The notes beneath the pieces were generated by a model. It did not search any database, was not told the DNA's origin, and was given only the letters and a program-made list of their open reading frames with translations. From Muribaculaceae bacterium (GTDB lineage: Bacteria > Bacteroidota > Bacteroidia > Bacteroidales > Muribaculaceae): a stretch of 64,000 nt of DNA. The DNA is taken from assembly GCA_017964485.1 (NCBI GenBank), contig JAGCRW010000039.1, positions 1,365 to 65,364 on the forward strand, given 5' to 3'. Made by a program: the position numbers and the translations under genes. Each line of letters opens with the position of its first letter. The stretch's first letter is position 1. Shown piece after piece: positions 60,001-64,000 of the stretch.

Positions 60001-61699
60001 CCTTCACACGATCCACATCAAGAGTTGGGTCGGCCTGCAGATACAGAACCACCACACCTGCGGCAGTAGGAGTAGCCATTGATGTTCCGCTCATCTGACC
60101 CCACTTGTAGGTGGTGCCGTTATAAGTGGTTGTCCAAGTAGAAGATTGACCAGAGTCATATCCGTTAACCGATGATATGTTGTAGTGGCCAGGGGCGGTG
60201 ATGAATGGCTGGTCAATGCCATTGCAGTCAGTACCATAGCTCGAGAAGTAGGCTATGTCGCCAGTAGCGTATGAGCCGTTGCTGGTGTTACGTGTACACA
60301 TGGCGCCTACACCAATCACCTTAGTTGCGCACATGTCGTCGCACATCGAGTTCTCGTAGGTACCAGGGGTAAGTGTGTATCCGCTCACGCTGCCCGAAGT
60401 GCCCAGCTCGCTGTAATAGCAGTCGGTGTAAACATGCACAGTATTTCCTGCACTACCCTTTATGATGTAGTAGGCTGATGAATTGCTGCTTTCGATATAC
60501 AGGTTATAGCGGCCACTATACTGATCCACGCCACCTGAAACAGAGACATTGTTATATGTACCGCTGGTCATCCAATCGCTCTGATTACTGCCGACAACCA
60601 CCTTAACTTGCAGCTGGTCGCCAGTACTGTTCCAAATGTCGCAAGAACCACCATAATAGGTGTAACTTACATTGTGACGCACCATCATGTAGTCGGAGCT
60701 GCTTGAGAGAGTCTTCACGGCAGCACCAGTGATGTCAGCCTCATTGCCTGCGGCAAGAAGAATCACTGCACCATAGGTCTCGGCCACCTCGGTATAGGCG
60801 CGTGAAATAGCGCTGGTACCATCGTGAGGTCCTATGTCGCTACCCAAGCTGATACTGATAACGCAAGGCTTGCCAAGGACGTTCTTGGCATAGTTGGCGA
60901 TATACTTTGCCGAACTAACGATAGCAGTCTCGGTAAGTTGAGAACCGCAACCGCAGAGGACGAGGTCGGCCTCAGGTGCCATACCAGCATAGTTGCCCAC
61001 ATGTGAGCCAGCAGCGCAACCTGTGGTGTGCGTTCCGTGGCTCTCGCCACTGTCGTCGCATGTGAGGTTGCCAATCTGGCTGGCAGTCGTGTACTGGTAG
61101 CCCATCAGCTGCACGCCGTCAATAGTAGCTTTGGTACCGCCGTTGGCGCTTGAAGCGTTAGGCATATACACCGCTTTTACACGAGTGTTGCCGTTGTCAT
61201 CAAGGAATGCGCGGTGGTTGAACTGGATACCATCATCAATGATACCAAGCACCACACCTTGACCAGTGTAGCCCTGTGGCAGACCATAGTTGGTGCCGTC
61301 CCATGCCTTATCGGCATTAACATAGGTCTTAGCGACATCGGTAAAGAGTCGCGCGTTACGGGCGATGCCCACTTGCTTGACGCTCTTGAGTCGCGCCACA
61401 GCTTCAATCTTGTCAACAGGAACGCTGGCAGCCACAAACCCTTTGAAAGTGCTGGTCACCTTAACACCCAAAGCCTCGATTTCGGCTGTAGATGCGCCAT
61501 TAAGGTCAATGAAGCACTCAATATACTCTACTCCATTGATAGCCTTAGGCTGAGCTAGCACGCCCTTCCCGTTGGGAGCCTGTGCCGCGGCATTAGCGCG
61601 TTGCTGCAGGAACACCTGCGTCGGTGCGCTTAGCTTGTCCTGTGCCATCATAGCCAAGGACACGCCAAGTGTCATTAGTAATAAGAAGAATTTTCTCAT
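57044..61699 (-). CDS. P6: secreted S8 (subtilisin-type) serine peptidase with Ig-like repeats, two copies of module A, a unique domain and a T9SS C-terminal sorting domain
   Basis: 1551 aa. Signal peptide and propeptide. Triad motifs VVLGIIDDG (Asp155), GESHGTHTTG (His221), SGTSMATP (Ser540), and oxyanion AAGNE; S8 region about nt 59900-61282. Module A copies at aa 808-995 (nt 58715-59278) and aa 1096-1286 (nt 57842-58414). Unique region aa ~1288-1495 (nt 57215-57838). C-terminus EIVNVYNAQGQLIRRNVKAGEATQNLPAGIYVVGNKKVVVK fits the Por_Secre_tail type-A CTD. Confidence 0.9.
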   Translation of the reverse strand: MRKFFLLLMTLGVSLAMMAQDKLSAPTQVFLQQRANAAAQAPNGKGVLAQPKAINGVEYIECFIDLNGASTAEIEALGVKVTSTFKGFVAASVPVDKIEAVARLKSVKQVGIARNARLFTDVAKTYVNADKAWDGTNYGLPQGYTGQGVVLGIIDDGIQFNHRAFLDDNGNTRVKAVYMPNASSANGGTKATIDGVQLMGYQYTTASQIGNLTCDDSGESHGTHTTGCAAGSHVGNYAGMAPEADLVLCGCGSQLTETAIVSSAKYIANYAKNVLGKPCVISISLGSDIGPHDGTSAISRAYTEVAETYGAVILLAAGNEADITGAAVKTLSSSSDYMMVRHNVSYTYYGGSCDIWNSTGDQLQVKVVVGSNQSDWMTSGTYNNVSVSGGVDQYSGRYNLYIESSNSSAYYIIKGSAGNTVHVYTDCYYSELGTSGSVSGYTLTPGTYENSMCDDMCATKVIGVGAMCTRNTSNGSYATGDIAYFSSYGTDCNGIDQPFITAPGHYNISSVNGYDSGQSSTWTTTYNGTTYKWGQMSGTSMATPTAAGVVVLYLQADPTLDVDRVKDVIANTATQFTNPTSPAKQRGHGIINALAGIEYILNNQGPVIKATPDEVNFEGYVGETYTQTINVKGYNLTGNISIAKSGANVYSVTPTTISADDANNGVDVTVTYAPTAAGNTNATLTLTSNGAEAVTVPVTGVAAPRVPTVIVNPETLDFKAALSSTISKTIDVTGLFLTGDVTVTLNDQNGVFSVSPTTIPKNSISENTPVQVTVTFTSGDEEATYSGSVAFTTPGGETKTVALNAQANDGGTAADPYLNIAKYATIDEAGATVSGMSTIYKYTEDGDAAWLTVCNYGAFRADDTQNWYETSDLSQYTNTWSATDVFQGDDAYFGSNNSYSIYGNGSQTFYVTNCVQAKAYVKGGSSSSSNAKLTIYECTLNGDGSITPSNTATDTKQSNNGVITSAGLDPTKIYKVQLTGGGSYPDLLEIGFKTELNQPMIVADPSNVTITSAPGETGTATISVRGKMLPGDVTVALNDPDNVFTVSATTISKADAEAGTQLTVTFESDEEASCQGTITLTSGTLTTTVNLTGRCNDGGTASDAYLNIAKYATIDDAGASVNYMTSIYNYAEYAADNCGWLTISTYGAKQTDANQNWLETSSLNQYNNSWTATDIFPIDDAFFGTNQAYGIYGSGSQTFYVTNCTQAKALVKDGSSSKATLAVYECTVGVNGQPVAASTPFDSQQGGASGLAVITSATLDASKIYKVVLTGGGSYPDLLAVGFQTPIVVEEETTLAYILENGVNNQEYTVSNDLIMVDVADVENYAFLTDGEGNWIRIAAPDNDVFDVFAESVLIKGGTLKGTLSGIELNPVLTVTVQPEGKDPISPDYVNYIEPINLAESFTLVSNQVVDVTGWWNAAEGALRAYQGANGSAQGQSMTIDYTWGANTNTMVNGQRYTVRCAINLKEPWHNEAGIAPLDYDYDFQNYIGYALRMPGTPTAVNTIGMDSYNEIVNVYNAQGQLIRRNVKAGEATQNLPAGIYVVGNKKVVVK
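57047..57211 (-). other. T9SS C-terminal sorting domain (type A CTD) coding segment
   Basis: ...VNTIGMDSYNEIVNVYNAQGQLIRRNVKAGEATQNLPAGIYVVGNKKVVVK. The pattern V(Y)(x)(x)(x)G(x)L(V/I)...L(x)(x)GIY(V/I)V...K is typical of Por secretion tails. Confidence 0.75.
57842..58414 (-). repeat. Module A, second copy within P6
   Basis: NDGGTASDAYLNIAKYATIDDAGASVNYMTSIYNY...QTFYVTNCTQAKALVKDG...VYECTV...KIYKVVLTGGGSYPDLLAVGFQTP. Confidence 0.8.
58715..59278 (-). repeat. Module A, first copy within P6
   Basis: NDGGTAADPYLNIAKYATIDEAGATVSGMSTIYKY...QTFYVTNCVQAKAYVKGG...IYECTL...KIYKVQLTGGGSYPDLLEIGFKTE. Confidence 0.8.
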
Positions 61700-61759
61700 G
61701 TAAATAGTTATTAAAGTGAATAATTATGTATTGTTATTTGTTTCGGTACTAAAAGCCTG

Positions 61760-61767
61760 CAAATTTA
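61760..61767 (-). promoter_or_regulatory. -7 promoter box TAAATTTG (minus) for P6
   Basis: Plus-strand caaattta, 61 nt upstream of the ATG at 61699. Confidence 0.45.
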
Positions 61768-61769
61768 GT

Positions 61770-61813
61770 AAAAAAACTCATATATTATTAATAAAAAAAC
61801 TCATATATTATTA
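61770..61813. repeat. Two 21-nt direct repeats (aaaaaaactcatatattatta) with a 23-nt period
   Basis: Copies at 61770-61790 and 61793-61813 are identical. They abut the P6 -7 box on its upstream side. Confidence 0.85.
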
Positions 61814-61823
61814 AAAAGTAGAC

Positions 61824-61860
61824 AAAAAAAGCGTTTCCGCAAAATCGGAAACGCTTTTTT
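61824..61860 (-). terminator. Intrinsic terminator of P7 (bidirectional shape)
   Basis: agcgtttccg-caaaat-cggaaacgct: 10-bp stem flanked by A7 and T6 runs, 30 nt downstream of the P7 stop. Confidence 0.8.
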
Positions 61861-61889
61861 GTCAGACTAATCTGTTGTTACACAAAATC

Positions 61890-64000
61890 TTACTTCTTAG
61901 AGCCGAGCAAGATATTGTAAATCACTGTGATGTCGGTGGTTGTAATAAATCCGTCGCCATCAACGTCACTTGTGGCGATATAGGTCTCATCGCCATTGAG
62001 CAGATAGTTGTAGAGGCAAGTGATATCAACGGTGGTAACCTCGCCGTCGCAGTTCACGTCACCAAATATGCCACCTGCAAGGGTGGTAACCATAATCTTG
62101 TTAGACCAGTTGCTAGCTTTTGCGCCAAATACAGCCTTCACATCGTAGAAGTAGACAGTGGCTGGGTCGAGGTCAACAACCTTATAGCTGTTGGTGGTAA
62201 TGCCTGTGAATGTCACACCATCGAGATCAATCGACTTCGAAGCGCCAGCGCGCTCACCATCGATAACGTGGATGCTAGTGATAATAGCACGCTTTCCACC
62301 TGCTGTAGTCTCAAAACTGATCTTCTGGTTGGCTGCCGCATTGCAGTCAAGGACTACGGTGTAGATTGCCTCATTGTTGTCGGGCAGTGTAACAGTCTGA
62401 GTCGCGCTGCCGCAAGAAACCTTCAGGTTGCAGTCGGTGTCGTTATTAAAGGTCTTTGCCTTGAAAGAGACTGTCACCTTGTTTTCGGTAAGAGTAAGAG
62501 CTGGAGAAGTAAGACTTCCTGGATAGGAAGCAGTACCCAAACGTGCGCCGCCTACAGTCTCATAAATCCTAGAGCCTGTCCAGCCAGCGTTGTCCATAAA
62601 GTTATCGAGTTGAGAGCTGATGTCCTGAGCGCCTTGCTTGGTGAACTTCGAGAATCCCTCAGTTAGGATGTCATAGTTCTTAGGAACAACGCGCAAAATA
62701 TAACTATCTGCGCCTACAACAGGATTCCAGTTGGCGGTGAAATAGGTAGGACCAACAAGCGTTGCGTCGGTAGCTACTGGAGACTCAAGACCATTGATTG
62801 GAGTCTTGAATGCTATCTCATAAAGCTTAGAGTAGTCATTGAATATGGCAATCTTGTAAATCTTCTCTGGGTCGAGAGCGTTGGAAGCGATAACTTCCTT
62901 GCTGGTAGTGGTGTTCTGTATGGTTTGAACAGCAGTACTGCTTGGAGTGATAGTGCCGTCGGCATTGAGAGTGCACTCATAAATAGACATTACCAATGGG
63001 TAAGAAGTGTTGCTGCGGTTCTCGGCATATTGCTTAACCTGAGAGCAGTTGGTTACATAGAATGTCATGTAATCCTCGTTCCAGTCGGTATAGTAAGCAT
63101 TACTTGAGAAGTAGCTTGTACTGCCCACGAACACATCAACAGCTCCCCAGCTCTCGCTGCCGGTCTTCTCTTCACCTGCGCAGGTGAGCCAATTCTGGGT
63201 GGCGTCGGCCTTAAGGGCACCATAGTTAGAAACTGTGAGCCAAGCGCACTCGTCATCAACATACTCAGTGTACTTGTAGATAGTGCTCATACCGCTTACT
63301 GCTGCTCCAGCATCATCGATAGTCTCATACTTTGCGATGTCGAGATATGGGTCGGCAGCAGTACCCTTGTCGGTAGCCTTTGCGGTAAGTGCCACTGACT
63401 TGGTTACGGCACCATTACTGGTGAAAGTGAGCGAACCGGTATATTCGGCCTCAACATCGGATGTGAATGTCACGCTAACCTCCACTGGTGTGTCGATGCC
63501 AGTGCTGTTCATCGAGATTGTTGTTGGCGAAACGGTAAACACACCATTCTGATCGTTGAGGGTGACAGTGATGTCGTTGGTAAGGAACAGGCCATTAACC
63601 TTAACTGTCTTTGTCATTGGCGTTGACAGTTTGGCGTTGAAGTTAAGCGCCTCAGGATCGGTAAGGATAGTTGGAACCCTAGGCTGTGCCACACCATTGA
63701 TTGTCACAGTCTGTGTCTCGGCCTCGGCGCTGGTAAGGGTAAGCGTTGCCTGAGTCTCGCCAGCAGCAGTTGGAGCGTAAGTTACTGTAACCTGAACACC
63801 GCTTTCGGCATCGGCCGGAGTGATAGAAGTAGGACTCACACTGTAAACATTAGAGCCGCTCTTGGTGATGTTGATGTTTTGAGTGAGGTTGTAGCCCTTA
63901 ACAGTAATGGTCTGAGTATAGGTCTCACCAGCATAGCCCTCAAAAGTAATCTCCGAAGGTTTAGCGATGATGGTTGGACCTGGATGCTGGAGGATGTACT
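61890..64000 (-). CDS. P7: C-terminal 703 aa of a further paralog (probably S8-headed) with Ig-like repeats, module A, module B and dockerin-type module; continues beyond the right edge
   Basis: The frame stays open upstream of the tracked GTG at 63839, up to position 64000 (YILQHPGPTIIAKPSEITFEGYAGETYTQTITVKGYNLTQNINITKSGSNVYSVSPTS...). This junction is colinear with P6 aa ~598-625 (EYILNNQGPVIKATPDEVNFEGYVGETYTQ) just after the S8 domain, and unlike the C10 junction (GIQPP.G.I.ANP). Dockerin-type tail nt 61893-62066. Confidence 0.8.
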   Translation of the reverse strand, partial: YILQHPGPTIIAKPSEITFEGYAGETYTQTITVKGYNLTQNINITKSGSNVYSVSPTSITPADAESGVQVTVTYAPTAAGETQATLTLTSAEAETQTVTINGVAQPRVPTILTDPEALNFNAKLSTPMTKTVKVNGLFLTNDITVTLNDQNGVFTVSPTTISMNSTGIDTPVEVSVTFTSDVEAEYTGSLTFTSNGAVTKSVALTAKATDKGTAADPYLDIAKYETIDDAGAAVSGMSTIYKYTEYVDDECAWLTVSNYGALKADATQNWLTCAGEEKTGSESWGAVDVFVGSTSYFSSNAYYTDWNEDYMTFYVTNCSQVKQYAENRSNTSYPLVMSIYECTLNADGTITPSSTAVQTIQNTTTSKEVIASNALDPEKIYKIAIFNDYSKLYEIAFKTPINGLESPVATDATLVGPTYFTANWNPVVGADSYILRVVPKNYDILTEGFSKFTKQGAQDISSQLDNFMDNAGWTGSRIYETVGGARLGTASYPGSLTSPALTLTENKVTVSFKAKTFNNDTDCNLKVSCGSATQTVTLPDNNEAIYTVVLDCNAAANQKISFETTAGGKRAIITSIHVIDGERAGASKSIDLDGVTFTGITTNSYKVVDLDPATVYFYDVKAVFGAKASNWSNKIMVTTLAGGIFGDVNCDGEVTTVDITCLYNYLLNGDETYIATSDVDGDGFITTTDITVIYNILLGSKK
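61893..62066 (-). other. Dockerin-type duplicated segment (P7)
   Basis: FGDVNCDGEVTTVDITCLYNYLLNGDETYIATSDVDGDGFITTTDITVIYNILLGSKK. Confidence 0.7.

Noticed and set aside
63837-63839. GTG at 63839 as the true start of the rightmost gene
   Set aside because: The frame stays open upstream to position 64000 and the upstream residues continue an Ig-like repeat homologous to the paralogs. There is no signal peptide after the GTG.

Overview
64-kb chromosomal window with Bacteroidales hallmarks: TAnnTTTG -7 promoter boxes ahead of most genes, a T9SS C-terminal sorting domain, a murF-alr fusion, and plug+beta-barrel outer-membrane receptors. Positions 1-41 kb hold mixed housekeeping and accessory genes. 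These include a split, tetrahydrofolate-dependent histidine-utilisation pathway (folD-ftcD-hutU at 13.9-18.6 kb, hutH-hutI at 38.3-41.0 kb), lepB, murF-alr, a tRNA(CAU), a YtrA-type GntR/ABC operon, a CPA2 antiporter, two TonB-type receptors, a LiaF-like/LytTR pair, a CAT-like acetyltransferase and hicAB. The hicAB pair lies in an AT-rich ~1.8-kb islet bracketed by ~111-nt direct repeats. The repeats are two diverged copies of the hutU 3' end plus terminator, and all 6 coding differences are synonymous, so this looks like an integration scar. Positions 41.1-64.0 kb hold the stand-out feature: seven co-oriented, very large (700 to 1551 aa, one still open at the window edge) paralogous secreted proteins built from shared modules. 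The modules are a Sec signal peptide, a catalytic head (C10 cysteine peptidase x4, S8 subtilisin x1-2, none x1), Ig-like repeats, an unassigned ~190-aa Cys-containing module (8 copies) and an unassigned ~240-aa FN3-flanked module (4-5 copies). Six of the seven, plus a BspA-type LRR protein at 24.2-26.1 kb, end in a dockerin-type duplicated Ca-binding segment. The seventh (S8, two copies of the 190-aa module) ends in a T9SS CTD instead. I read this as a candidate cohesin/dockerin-like surface protease assembly in a Bacteroidales genome, but I could not recognise a cohesin in the window. Other items worth a second look: a 72-nt noncoding element shared by two unrelated 5' leaders, an sRNA candidate defined by a promoter box plus terminator, iteron-like repeats at the islet edge, and degenerate palindromic-hexamer tracts in many intergenic spacers. 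All family calls rest on motifs recognised by eye; no searches were run.
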